Assembly (NCBI RefSeq): GCF_004010195.1
Contig: NC_057719.1
Coordinates: 10,845,974 to 10,909,973, forward strand
Source of the DNA: Chiloscyllium plagiosum
Taxonomy: Eukaryota
Direction: 5' to 3'
Length of the DNA: 64,000 nucleotides
Within the stretch, counting starts at the first letter, position 1; every line of letters begins with the position of its first letter. The position numbers and the translations under genes were made by a program. Shown here piece by piece: positions 26,670 to 39,819 of the stretch. The notes below the pieces were generated by a model. The model saw only the letters and a program-made list of their open reading frames with translations, searched no databases and was not told the origin of the DNA.

Positions 26670-27570
26670 AGAAGATAGCAGCAGAATGTTCATGGCTGAA
26701 GATTGAGCTCAATACTCTAATCCCGCCCTCCCCAATACCTTCTTTTTGAAAACACAATGTTTTGGCTTCAACTGCTTCCTGTGCTACTGATTTCCACAAG
26801 TTCACTCTGGGTGAACATTTCTCATCTCAGTCTTATATCCTTAAACTATGACCCTGGTTTGGGATTCCCCCACCATCAGGAAATCCTTCCTGCATCTAAC
26901 CTGTCTAGTCCTGTTAGAATTTCATAGGTTTCTATGAGACGCTCCTTCATTTTTCTTAACTCCACTGAATACAATCCTAACCAACTCAATCGCTCCTTGT
27001 ACATCCCAGAAATTAATGTGGTAAACCTTTGCTGCAAAAATCTTTGGGGAGCACACAACATTCCAGGTTCACCAATGTCCTATATTATTGCAGTAAGACA
27101 TCCCTGTTCCGGTACTTTTGGAATATTGCATGCAAATCTAGTCTCCTTCCTATTGGAAAAATCTTGTGAAATTTGAAAGGGTTCAGAAAAGATTTACAAA
27201 GGATGTTGCCAGGGTTGGACGATTTGAGCTATAGGGAGAGGTTGAACAGGCTGGGGCTGTTTTCCCTGGCGCGTCGGAGGCTGAGGGGTGACTTTATAGA
27301 GGTTTACAAAATTATGAGGGGCATGGATAGGATAAATAAACAAAGTCTCTTCCCTGGGGTGGGGGAGTCCAGAACTAGAGGGCATAGGTGGTTGGACCGA
27401 AGAGTCTGTTTCCGTCCTGTACATCTCTATGACTCTATTCAAATCCTCTCAGTATAAAGGCCAACATACAGTTTGTCTTCTTTACTGCCTGCTGCATCTG
27501 TACCTTTACTTCCAGTGACTGGTGCACCAGGTCTCGTTGAACATTTCCTTCTCTCAATTTGTTGCCAATC
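26670..27570 (-). mobile_element. CR1 fragment with nested plus-strand CR1 (~27170-27437)
   Basis: KERLSWLGLYSVELRKMK on minus; MLPGLDDLSYRERLNRLGLFSL on plus. Confidence 0.8.
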
Positions 27571-27844
27571 TCTAATTGCCTTTGAACTGATGGCTTGCTG
27601 AGTCATTTCAGAGGTAGTTGACAGTTTACCACATTACTGTGGGTCTAGAGTGGCATATAGGCCAGATCAGATAATGACAGCAGGTTTCCTCGCTAAAGCA
27701 CATGAGTGAACAAAATGGGTTTTTACAGCAATCGATGATTCATGGGTACGCATGCACTTTTTATTATGCAAGACTATTGGCATGCATTTTAGATGACTAG
27801 CCCAGTGATATCATTACTCTTTCACTGTTCCTCCCCCAGTGCGT

Positions 27845-28337
27845 AGAAAGCTGAGAGCTGACATTATAGAGGTTTATAAAATCATGAGGGGCATATAAAA
27901 GATAAATAGCCAAGGTCTTTTCTCCAGGGTCAGGGATCCGAAACTAGAGGGCATAGGTTTAAAGTGAGAGGGGAAAGATTTAAAAGGGCCCTGAGAGGGC
28001 AACTTGTTGCAGGTAGTGCATGTACAAAATGAGCTACTAGAGGAAGTGGTGGAGGCAGGTACAATGACAACTTTTGAAAGGTACATGAATAAGAAAGGTT
28101 GAGAGGAATTTGGAAAAAGTGAGGACTGCAGATGCCGGAGGTCAGAGTCAGAGAGTGTGGTGCTGGAAAAGCACAGCAGGCCAGGCAGCATCCAAGGAGC
28201 AGGAGGGTCGACATTCCGGGCGTAAGCCCTTAATCGGAAATATGGGCCAAACTCAGGAAAATGGGAGTAGTTCAGTTTCAGAAACCTTTTTGCACATGTT
28301 GGGCTGAAGGGCCTGTTTTCATGCTGTATGACTCTCT
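27845..28337 (+). mobile_element. CR1 3' fragment interrupted by a minus-strand PLE-derived element (~28112-28236)
   Basis: gaggtttataaaatcatgagggg; insert gtgaggactgcagatg...gacattccgggcgtaagccct. Confidence 0.8.
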
Positions 28338-29169
28338 GCCTCGATGTTGAGCAGGTTGCTTCTCTTTGTATTTAAAAGGGAACCGAGCAGCCACAGTCCT
28401 GTTTCTGTATAGGACAATTTGGTTCCTTGAGTATTTGCAATAGATCCCAATTGTTCAGTGGAACATATGACAATTTTTGTTCCATGTTTTTATGCATAAT
28501 AAATCCTAGCATTGTAGCAGCTCGACCGTAAGGGAAGAATTAAACTGACCAACTTAAAATGTGCTGTTGCGAACAGTTTCTCTACATCTTGCAGAGATGA
28601 CAGCTTTTAGTGTTCATTAAGTAGGGTTCTTAAAGTTATAATATCTGAAAAACAATAAGAAGTCTACAGATTGGGAAATGTTACCAGGCGATAACGGGGA
28701 GGAAAGGGTCACTACCTGCAGAATAGGACAGCTGGAAGAACTCCATCTGTACCAAAGAAAATGAGAATGATTGAATTTATTAGAAGGAATAGCTTATTTA
28801 AGATAAGCAGCGCAGCCTGTGGGGTTAGAGAGTGTGGTATTTGTAGTCAAGCAATGACTGTTGAAACCAGGTATTTTCAGTTGCTGTTCTGATCCATTCC
28901 ACTCACCCCGTGTCACGGCAGGGACAGATCATCATTAAATCAATGTTGAAGGATAGCAATGCAATTCTAACATAGGAACAGCAGCACCATTCAATCGCCT
29001 GGCCTGTTCTGCCATTCAATAAGCTCATGGTTGATCTGTATCTCATCTCTGTCCATCTGCCTTAGCTCTATATCTCTTAATACCCTCGTCTAGCAAAAAT
29101 CTATCCATCTCAGAGATAAAATTTAGTCAGCATCTATTTCCTATTTGTGGGAGGATATTCCACACATCC

Positions 29170-29516
29170 ATCATAGAATCATAGAATCCCTACATTGTGA
29201 AAACAGGCCATTCAGCCCATTGAGTCTACACTGACCCTCCAAAGAGCATCCCATCCAGACCCACCCATCCCATCCCCCCTTACTCCATTCTTCAAATTAC
29301 ATTGGTTAATCCACCTAGCCTGGACACTAAGGGCAATTTAGCATGGCCAATCCACCTAACCTGCACATCTTTGGACTGTGGCAGAAAACTAGAGCACCCG
29401 GAGGAAACCTACACAGACAGAAGGAGAATGTGAAAACTGCACATGAGGCTGGAATTGTACCCGGGTACCTGGTGCAGTGGGGCAACAATGCTAACCACTG
29501 AGCCACTGTGCTGCCC
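29170..29516 (-). mobile_element. V-SINE (HE1-like)
   Basis: Head, V-domain and tail. Confidence 0.85.
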
Positions 29517-32500
29517 TTTTGAATGAAATTGTGTTTCCTATACAGTGTCCTAAAGACCTAAATTAGATCACTCCTTTGTGTTCCAAATTCCAGGAATTAC
29601 GGCCTAGTTTGTGTAATCTTCCCTCGTGATCTAACCCTTATAGCCCTGGTAAACTTCAGGTAAATCTGCCCTACATTCCCTCGAGGCTGAATTCTCACTG
29701 TCTCCAGCTTCAACTCAGCCCTCATGGATTCCAACTGAATTCCATCCTTCATATTCTGGATCCACCCAAGATGACAAATTTCTTCCAGAAATTCCATAAG
29801 CTACTGGAATATTGGGTTGGGATATCAGCATGGACAGGTTGGACCAAAGGGTCTGTTTCTATGCTCCATATCTCCATGACTTTGTGATTCTGTAAGAATA
29901 TTAGAGCAGAATAGGCCAGTTGGTCCATGGAGTTTGCTCCACCATTCAAACAAGGTTGATAAGTCTCTTAACCCCATCCTCCTGGCTTCTCCCCATAACC
30001 CTTGAGCCAGTTACCTATCTATCTCGTCTTAAATACCCTCAATGACTCAGCCTCCACAGGCCTCTGCAGCAAAGCATCCCACAGATTCACCATCCTCTGG
30101 CTGAAGAAATTCCTCCTAAAGTTTCTTCACTCTGAGGCTGTGCCCTTGGGTCCTAGTCTCTCCCACTAGTGGAAATACGTCCACTCTATTCAGGCCTCTC
30201 AGTATTCTGGAAGTTTCAATTAGATCCCCCCTCATCCTTCAAGATTCCATCAAGTACAGGCCCAGACTGCTCAACTGCTCCTCATATGACAAGCCCTTCA
30301 TCCCTCAACTCATTCTCATAAACCTCCTCTCAATCCCCTTCCACCAAGGCCAGCATATCCTTCCTTAGATACGGGCCAAAACTGTTTATAATGTTAGGAA
30401 AAGATAGGAATAGGAATAGATGCACAATTAAGCCTTCCTTGAACCATTGTTTTTCGGGATTCTGATGAAAAATCCTTTCAAATGAAAGTGTTTAACGGGG
30501 GGAGGGAGAAGGGTAGGTTTGATAAAATAGCGCAGGGATTAACTGACATCGCATGATAAACTTGGCATATCAGGGACTGGGATGGTCTAACTAGAGTGAG
30601 TAAGAAGCCTTTAAGCTGTTTAGTGGTCTCGAGGTTGTGTTTCAGAATGTTTCAGGAACAGTAATGTCTCTTACATTGATCCTGACATCTCACAAGGCAA
30701 TATCATGTATCTTTGAAGCAACGCAATTAGCAACAAGTACGATCTAATAAATATTTATCATTTATTAACAATGAGTTCATTTTCTGCTAAAGACACATCC
30801 TCACAAACTTGATATCAGTAGCTTAGATGAATGGTAATAAGAAAGATTAGTGGCACAAATTTACCCAAAGGCATCCCAGATGCTGTAGCCTCTCCTGAGG
30901 ATTTTGCCAATTAGCATTGAAGGAATCTTCTGGAGGTGGTGGGATTATCGCCTGTTGGCTAGAAAGCTGGTGGGAGACCAGCTAATCAGCGGCTGACAGC
31001 ACCAATGCTCAATGGCACCACCCGGGAGGCAGTGGTTGCTGGTGGGGTGATAACCACTGGAGGCCCAGGATCGAAGACCGACCCAGGTCTGATGCGAGTA
31101 ATCGCAGCATCAGTGCTACCTGGATTGGAGTGTATTAGCTGTGAGGAGAGGCTGGACAAACTTGACTTGTTTTTGCCGAGTGTTGGTGACAGAGGACAAC
31201 CTGATAGAGTCACAGAATCATAGAGATGTGCAGCACAGAAACCGATCCTTTGGTCCAACCCGTCCATGCCGACCAGATATCCTAAACTAATCTAGTCCCA
31301 TTTGCCAGCACTTGGCCCATATCCCTCTAAACTCTTCCTATTCAGATAGCCACCTAGACTCCTTTTAAATATTGCAATTGTCCCAGCCTCCATCACTTCC
31401 TCTGGCAGCTCTTTTCATACACGCACCACCCTCTGAGTGAAAAGTTGCCCCTTAGGTCCCTTTTAAATCTTTCCCCTCTCACCTTAAGACTATGCCCTCT
31501 CATTCTGGACTCCCACATCCCAGGGAAAAGACCTTGTCTATTTACCCTGTCCATGTCCCTCATGATTTTATTAAACTCTAAAAGGTTACCCCTCAGCCTC
31601 CGACGCTCCAGGGAAAACAGCCCCAGCCTGTTCAGCCTCTCCCTACAGCTCAAACCCTCCAATCCTGGCAACATTCTTGTTAATCTTTTCTGAACCCTTT
31701 CAAGTTTCACAACATCTTTCCGATAGGAGGGAAACTAGAATTGCACACAATATTCCAAAAGTGGCCTAACCAACGTCCTGTACAGCTACAACATGACCTC
31801 CAAACTCTTCTACTCAGTGCTCTGACCAATAAAGGAAAGCATACCAACTGCCTTCTTCACTATCTTATCTACCTGTGACTCCACTTCCAAGGAACTATGA
31901 ACCTGCACTACAAGATCTCTTTGTTCAGCAACACTCCCCAGGACTTTATCATTAAATGTATAAGACCTGCCCAGATTTGCAGCACCTCATATCTATTTAA
32001 ATTAAACTCCATCTGCCACTCCTCAGCCTATTGGCCCATCTGATCAAGATCCCGTTGTAATCTGAGGTAACCTTCTTTGCTGTCCACTACACCTCCAATT
32101 TTGGTGCGATCTGCAAACTCACTAACTATGTCTCCTATGTTCACAGTGAAATCACTTATATAAATGATGAAAAGTAGTGGACCCAGCACCGATCCTTGTG
32201 GCACTCCACAAGCCTCCGACACCACCCTCTGTGTTCTACCTTCGAGCCAGTTCTGTTTCCAAATGGCTGATTTTCCATGTATTCCACGTGATCTCATCCT
32301 GCCAACTAGCCTACCATGAGGAACCTTATTGAAAGCCTTAATGAAGTCCATATAGATCGCGTCCACCACTCTACTCTTATCAATCGTCTTTGTTACTTCT
32401 TCAAAAAACTCAATCACGTTAGTGAGACACGATTTCCCACACACAAAACAATATTGACTATTCCTAATCAGTCCTTGTCTTTCCAGATACATATAAATCC

Positions 32501-33099
32501 TGTCCCTCAGGATTCCCTTTAACAACTTGCCCACTATCGATGTCAGGCTCACTGGTCTATTATTCCTGGCTTTTCCTTACCACCTTTCTAAAATAGTGAC
32601 ACCACGTTGGCCAAACTCCAGTTTGCACTTCACCTGTGACTATTGATGATACAAATATCTCAGCAAGGGGCCCAGCAATCACTTTGCTAGCTTCCCACAG
32701 AGTTCTAGGATACACTTGGATGCCCCTTAGGTCCCTTTTAAATCTTTCCCCTGGGGACTTTTCCAGCTGTATACATTTTAAGAAATCCAGCACCACCTCC
32801 TCTGTAATATGAACATTTTTCAAGATGGCATCATCTATTTCCCTACATTCTATATCTTCTGTGTCCTTCTCCACAGTAAACACTGATGCAAAATATTCGT
32901 TTAGTATCTCCCCTATTCCCTGTGGTTCCACACATAGGCTGCCTTGCTGATCTTTGAGGGGCCCTATTGTCTCCCGAGCTACCCTTTTGTCTTTAATGTA
33001 TTATAAAATCCCTTTGGATTCTCCTTAATCCTAATTGCTAAAGCTATCTCATGTTCCCTTCTGATTTCCCTCTTGAGTGTACTCCTTCTGCCTTTCTAC

Positions 33100-33240
33100 T
33101 GTTGATGGAGTTTGTGGATGAGTGCCATGCTTCTAGGAATTCCCTGGCTGTTCTTTGTTTGGCTTGCCCTATAATGGTAGTGTTGTCCCAGTCGAATTCA
33201 TGTTGCTTGTCATCTGCGTGTGTGGCTACTAAGGATAGCT
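33100..33240 (-). mobile_element. Penelope-like element, GIY-YIG endonuclease C-terminal fragment
   Basis: LSLVATHADDKQHEFDWDNTTIIGQAKQRTAREFLEAWHSSTNSIN fits the PLE EN pattern S..A.H....H.FDW....I......R...EA.......N. Confidence 0.8.
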
Positions 33241-33282
33241 TAGTAGCCACACATGTAGAAGCGCTTCACAGGAGGCTCCCAA

Positions 33283-33322
33283 GCACTGAGGATGTCACCT
33301 AGACAGGGGACGAAACGTTTGC
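33283..33322 (+). ncRNA. Minimal hammerhead ribozyme in an inverted Penelope pLTR
   Basis: GCA-CUGAGGA-U-GUCaCCU-AGAC-AGGgGAC-GAAA-CGUU-UGC; stem I GCA/UGC, predicted cleavage after 33319. Confidence 0.8.
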
Positions 33323-34227
33323 AACAGAAATTTGCAGCTCGGCGAACAGAACCACAACAACGAGCACCCGAGCTACAAATCTTCACCCAAACTTTATCAG
33401 TCCTTCCTTGTTCTCTGCTTTGTCTCTGCCTGCCCTGACTGTTTGACTCACTTCTTTTCTCGACTGTACCAGTCTCAGTTTGATTTCTTTCCTCACTATC
33501 TTGCTGGGCCCCACCCCACTCCACCCCCATCCCCCACCTTACTAGTTTCAAATCCTCTCAAGCAGCTCTAGCAAATCTCCCTGCCAGTATATTAGTCCCA
33601 CTCTAATTCAGGTGGCAATCTATCCTTATTATTATTATTACTTCTACCCTAGAAGAGATTCCAATAATCCAAAAATGTGAACCCTTCTTCGCTGTACCAG
33701 CTCCTCAGCCACACATTGATCTACTCTATTCTATTCCTACGCTCACTAGCTTGTAGCACCAGGAGTAATCTAGGTATTACTACCCTCGAAGATGTCCTTT
33801 TAAAATTCTGGCCTACCTTTCTATATTCGCCCTTCAGAATCTCATCCTTTCCCCTTCCTTTGTTGTTATTTCTAATGTGCACAATGACCTATGCAGAGAG
33901 AGGAATATTCTCTCCCCTTTGAGAATATTCTGCACTATCTCCAAGATATCCCTGATCCTGGCCCAGGGAGACAACTCACCATTCTGATTTCTCACTGCCG
34001 GCCACAGAAAAGTCTGTCTGTGCCTCTAACTAGAGAGTCCCCTATCACAATCGATCGCTTGGAACCTGACATACCCTCGCTACATTACAACCGGTCTCAG
34101 TACCAGAAACTTGGCTGTTTGTGCTACATAATTATAATATATTATTACGGATAGGGTGGATAGTTGGAGTCTTTTTCCCACAATGGAAAATCAAATAACT
34201 AGGGGTATGGATTTAAGGTGAGTGGAG

Positions 34228-34743
34228 TGTCACAAAGTTAATCCCTTTTTTTCTAAAAGCTGTTCCTTGGCTCAAGGAGACTCTGTCCTTGATTTTTTTC
34301 AGACGGACAATAAACAGGGCCAGGCTCCAATCAGTCTGGTTTGGTACAGAGATGAAAAGGATTTTGAGAGGCCTTTTGTTTATATGTAAACAGATGAGAC
34401 TTCAGGCCAAAGTGGTCATGTTTTAGAAGTGACATGTATAATGAAAGGCAAGTGGTCAGCTGAGCAATTTTAGTTCAGTCTTGAACTGGGAAGTTCAACA
34501 GGGAGCTGTGTGGAAACTCTCGCTCTCGTTTCTGCCTTTCAACTTCAACCTGTAAGCATGTGTTCCATTTTTACTAGTCTTTAAAGGAAGTTTGCTAATT
34601 GGGACTGTTGTGTATATTTGGAACAGCATAATTAGGTCTAGTTGGATAAGCTGAGTTCTGCGTACAGTGAAACAAATTGCAAATTTATGGTCTGGGGCTG
34701 CCTGCTAAAGAATGTTTTGAGTGGTTTGGCCTAGTCCATAACA
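34228..34743. mobile_element. Probable solo LTR (516 bp) inserted in a CR1
   Basis: Starts TGTCAC, ends CATAACA; splits the CR1 sequence tttaaggtgagtggag|gcgggaaaggttaaagg; TSD not exact. Confidence 0.6.
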
Positions 34744-34764
34744 GCGGGAAAGGTTAAAGGGTGA

Positions 34765-35388
34765 GATCGTCAAGTTCCTGGGAGTGACGATAACCGACAA
34801 TCTGTCCTGGACTTCCTTGTAGATGTGATGGTCAAGAAGGCACAACAATGACTCTTCTTCCTCAGGCAGCTTGTGAAATTTGGCATGACCATAACGTCAC
34901 TCACCAACTTTTACAGATGCACCACAGAAAGCATACTGCCTGGGTGCATAATGGCCTGGTAAGGCAACTGCTCTGCCCAAGTCCATAAGAAACTACAGAA
35001 GGTGGTGTTCACACCATGAACGCCATCCATGAACTCCATTTTCTCATCTCATTGCCGGGGAAAGGCTGCCAATATCATCAAAGACCCCTCCCACTCTGGT
35101 AATGCTCCCCTATAACCTCTTCTGTCAGGCAGAACATACAAAGCCTGAACACACACAAATGCAGGTTCAAAAACAGCTTCCCTGCTGTTATTAGACTGAA
35201 GAATGGACTCCCTAACTTCAAATAATGCTGATCTTGCTTCACGTGCCCGCTGTGCAGCTGTAATCTTGTATGCCTCACTCTGTGTAAACACCCTATGCTC
35301 TGTATATTCTTGGTTACTGTGATCTGCCTGTACTGCTCACAAACAAAGTTTTTCACTGTACTTAGGTTCACGTGACCACAATAAATCA
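34765..35388 (+). mobile_element. Rex1/Babar LINE 3' fragment
   Basis: KFLGVTITDNLSW...KKAQQ.LFFLRQLVKFG...TNFYRCTTESIL...KKLQKVV. Confidence 0.85.
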
Positions 35389-35779
35389 GGAGGAACAGTT
35401 CTTACACAGATGGTGATAGGCGCCTGGAATGCACTGTCAGGGTAGATGGTAAATAGCAATGTTTAGCAGGTAGTTAGGGAGCCACATGAACAGGTAGGGA
35501 ATAGAGGGATATAGACCATGTGCAGGCAAATAGAGTTAGTTTAGAATGGCATCATGGTTGGCACAGACATGGTGGACTGAAGGGCCCGTTCACATGTTCT
35601 TACACTTTCTGCATCTACCCTGTCAAGTCCTCTAAGAATCTTGTACATTTCAATATGGTCATCACTCAGTCTTCTAAATTCCAGTAAGTATGTGTCCAAC
35701 CTACTTAACCTCTCTTCATAAGACAGACCTGGTATCTGCCAAGTGAACCTTCTCTGGATTGCCTCCAAGCTGCTGTGCA

Positions 35780-36310
35780 GAGTCACAGAGATGTACAGCA
35801 AGGAAACAGACGCTTTGGTCCAACTCATCCATGCCAACCAGATATCCTAAAGTAATTTAGTCCCATTTGCCAGCATTTGGCCCATATCCCTCTAAACCCT
35901 TGCTATTCATATACCCAACCAAATGTCTTTTGAATGTTGTAATTGTACCAGCCTCCATCACTGGCAGCTCATTCCATACAAACACACACCCTCTGTGTGA
36001 AAAGGTTGCCCCTTATGTCCCTTTTAAATTTTTCCATTTTCGCCTTAAACCTATGTTCTCTAGTTTTGGATTCCCATACCCTAGGAAAAAGACCTTGCCT
36101 ATTTACTCTACCTATGCCCCTCATGATTTTATAAACCTCTATAAAGTCAGCCATAAGCCTCTGACACTCCAGGGAATACAGCCCCAGCCTATTCAACCTC
36201 TCCTTATAGCCCAAACCCTCCAACCCTGGCAACCTCCTTGTAAATCTTTCAAGTCTCACAACATCCTTCCTATAGTAGGAAGACCAGAATTGAACGTAGT
36301 ATTCCAAAAT
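35780..36310 (-). mobile_element. CR1 3' fragment
   Basis: LEYYVQFWSSYYRKDVVRLER...GLYSLE. Confidence 0.85.
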
Positions 36311-38044
36311 CTTCATTACAACACACCCTTTAGTTGTAATGTCTGCGCTGTGAACATCATTCATAATTTTCTTTTGTTCCAAATCATGCTGAGATCAATA
36401 AAATACAGTAATGTCAAATTATGCAAATTGTCCCAGATGGAGTTAAGAAAATGTTATAAAAGATGAATGTTGCAATTGGTAGTTTGGAACTTGATTAAGA
36501 TCCATCTGTTCAGGACTTCCACAACACTGAATTCTGCAGCTAAAGCTTGCAAGGTTTTGTCTGAAATGTTACTATTAGAAGTATATTTAATTAGTTTACA
36601 TTTAATAAACCTATGACAAATGGCATTCAATGTTGCAATTGATTAGCAGAGTAAATTACAAATGAGAACACACATACTTAGCCTTCCTCCAACAATGTTG
36701 TACTGTAATCCTCAAATAAACTTGCCTCATACTTTTTATTTACATATTCACAATTCTTAATAGCAATTATCAAGTATATTTTCTCTGGAAATAAAACATG
36801 ATGGGAGCATCTAATTAACTATTGCAAGGTGTTTGTCTCTGATAACGCACATTTAAAGGGTACCGATTTGTCCTACTTGATGCAGATCATGGACATTCAA
36901 CAATAATAACAACTTACATTAATATGGTGCCTTTAATTTACAGAAATATCCCAAGAGAGTGTGCTATCAGACAAAATCTGACACCAAAGAAGGAAAGAAG
37001 ATATTAGGACCTATTCGGGCCTAATGCGTGATTGTAGGCTTTAAAGAGGGAGGTAAGGGATAAAATCTAGACATCAGGCCCTCAGCAGCTAGGGATTAGA
37101 TTAGAGTCCCTATAGTATGGAAACAGGCCATCGGACCAACCAGTCCACACTGACCCTCTGAAGAGTAATCCACCCAGACCCATTCCCCAACCCTATACTT
37201 ACCCCTGACTAATGCACTTAACACTATGGGCAATTTAGCATAGCCGATTCACCTGATATGAATGTAAATGGTGGAGTGATGGAAATCGGGAATGAGGCAA
37301 GCTGCTCAATGGCATAAAATTATCAGCTTCGTCTTCTTTGCAGGATCTAAGTGACTATAGGCTTCTCAGCTATTTATCAGAATAAACATGGAAAGAAAGG
37401 AAAGCTTCTGTGATTCTTTATTATTGTAATTATCGAGAACTAATTGTTTGAATTTGCCTTGATGTCAAAAGGCATCTTTTGGGCCTAAACTATTTCAACT
37501 TGACCCTATTGTTCCTACTATTGAACACATGACAGGCCCCTTTGTAATGGCTTCCTGCTTCTCTAATAACATACTGCTCTGCAGCTGGCAATCCTAGTGA
37601 GATGATCAAAAGTGCAATCCTTCGATTTTCAAAAGATTAATGTTGGGACTTTAGGCTCATCTGTCGGAGGGTAAGTAACTGAAAGTGGTTTTGAGAGGCA
37701 GGATTATAGCTCTGACAACTAAGTGCATTCTTAAAGACAATGACAGAATCAGAAGTCAGGCAACGTCGAGGGATCATATTCTGTTCCGTAGTGAGGTGCA
37801 ATAAAATATTTCACAAAGATGTAAAGCGCAAGTGTGTTTATCAAGCTGAGTGGCAGAATGGCCGCACACCCAATGATTTCAGAAAGCAAGAGTCACTGGG
37901 ATGTTCAACAAATGGTGAAATGCACTTCTCCTACCCTCACCCTCAACACTGCACCACTGGCTCCATGCCACCCCGTGCTAGTCCCCTATCCTCCCCCACT
38001 CCTGCTCTCACACAAAGATCATGTACATGAATATTGGAAAGAGA

Positions 38045-38845
38045 CATAAGCATTGGAAGGAGGAGTGCTCCCTCACAGACAAGGATGACTCTCTCCCACT
38101 CCCATGGTGAATCTCTAGGTGGCTGTACAGACTGATGAGGCTACCACAGGCTCTGTTACACTTGGAGCAGAAGGTGGTCATGGGAAAGGGGTGGGTGGGG
38201 GCATTGGTGTGGCAGCGTGTTCCTTTCGCTGTTTCTGCTGACTTCCACGTTTTCCCAACAGCAAGTCCCAAGGTGCTCAACACTTTCCCAGATGCTCCTC
38301 CTCCACTTTGGACGGTCTTGGGCCAGTGATATTCCTGAAGAAGGGCTTATGCCCGAAACGTCGATTCTCCTGTTCCCTGGATGCTGCCTGACCTGCTGCG
38401 CTTTTCCAGCAACTCATTTTCAGCAGTGATATTCCCAGGTGTCCGTGGGAATGTCGCATTTTGCCAGTGAGGCCTTGAGGATATTCCTGAGGCACCTGGG
38501 GCTCACCTGCTGTTTCAGAGCTGGGAGTAAAGCACCTGCTTGGGAAGTCTCATGTCGGTCACGGTGACAACGTGCTCAGCCCATCACAGCCGATCAAGGA
38601 AGAGTCAGTGCCTCGATGCTGGGGATGTTGGCCTGGTCGAGAACGCTGGTGTTGGTCTGTCTGTCTTCCCAGTGGATTCGCAGAATTTTGCGCAGGTTGC
38701 ATTGGTGGGACTGCTCCAAGGCCTTAAGGTGCCTGCTGTTTCGGAGCCATGTGGGAGGGTGGGAACCACCACAGCTCTGTGTACTAAGAGCTTGCTGTAA
38801 AACACCTTTTTCCTCAGGCAGCTGAAGGCAGCGCTGCACACTGGA
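38045..38845 (-). mobile_element. RTE-clade LINE 3' fragment
   Basis: RHLKALEQSHQCNLRKILRIHWEDRQTNTSVLDQANIPSIE and C-terminal zinc finger CSKCNRACGSLISLYSHLEIH. Confidence 0.8.
38331..38366 (+). ncRNA. Minimal hammerhead ribozyme, intact core, in a 100-bp PLE-derived insertion
   Basis: AUUC-CUGAAGA-A-GGGC-UUAU-GCCC-GAAA-CGUC-GAUU; TSD cagtgatattcc at 38324-38335 and 38424-38435. Confidence 0.8.
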
Positions 38846-38879
38846 GGTGGTACTGGATCTTTTATTAAATCATTTTAAA

Positions 38880-39210
38880 AATTCATTTGTGGGACTTGAG
38901 CATCGCTGGCTGGCCAGCATTGATAGCCCATTTCTATTTGCCCTTGAGAAGATGATGGTGGGCTGCCTTCTTGAATCACTGCAGTCCACTTGCTGTGGGT
39001 TGACCCACAATGCTGGTAGGGAGGGAATTCCAGGATTTTGACCCAACAACTGTGAAGGAACAGAGGTCTTTTTTCAAGTCAGAGGGGTGAGTGGCTTGGA
39101 GGAACTTGCAGGTGGTGGCATTCCTAAGCACCTACCACCCTTATCCTTCTAGTTGGAAGTGGTTGTGGGTTTGGAAGGTGCTGTCTAAGGACCTTTGATG
39201 AATTTCTCTT
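38880..39210 (-). mobile_element. CR1/L2-type LINE 3' end (similar pieces ~2255-2400, ~3630-3960, ~7710-7945, ~45510-46610, ~58020-58205 +)
   Basis: ttgcccttgagaag tail; associated peptide LSTIYKVLVQSVVEYSPLVCLGAAP. Confidence 0.65.
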
Positions 39211-39819
39211 CATCGATAGCTACTTTGGCTGACAGGACACTGCTATTTAGGAAGATCATGATTGATTTTCTATCGCAACCTCACTTTCTAACTGTCCCCA
39301 TATCCCCCAATTTCTTGGGAGCCCAGCAATCTTTTGACTTCAACATAGAATTTACTCAACAATGAAGCATCCACAGTCCACCGGTGTAAAGAATTCCAAA
39401 GAATTGTATCCCACTGAATGAAGCAGTCTATCCTCATCTCAGTTCTAAATGCTGATCCCCTATCCTGAGAAACAGGAACGTGCTGAATGCTGTGCCCTAG
39501 TTGTGTGCTTAAACGCTCTATGAATGAATAAAATCAAAACAATAACTTAGAAGTTTTTACAACTTCAGGGTCATTGGCCATCATGTGTGCAAACCTGCTC
39601 ACCCTACAGGTGCTTTGATTTGCTTGAGTACCATTACCAAATTGATATCACTGCCAGAGATTGACCAGGATGATGCATCACTTTGCGTTTGTCACATGTC
39701 TTCATGGCATTTTACTTTACATTGGCTGGAATGAAGCAACCTAACATCACACTAGATCAGAGTCACACTTGAGTCAGTCATTCAGCCCCTCAAGCCTGTC
39801 CTGCCAATCCATGTCATGC

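Larger units (their letters stand above)
31205..34128 (-). mobile_element. Long decayed CR1 LINE (ORF2 RT region plus an upstream segment), interrupted by a PLE fragment
   Basis: SLTSIVGKLL...KSCLTNVIEFFEEVT...GVPQGSVLGPLLFIIYISD...FADRTKIGG; ILNEYFASVFT. Confidence 0.9.

Noticed and set aside
32028..32552. 174-aa reverse transcriptase ORF as a functional gene
   Set aside because: Part of a decayed CR1 with deletions, frameshifts and an altered catalytic motif (FADR).
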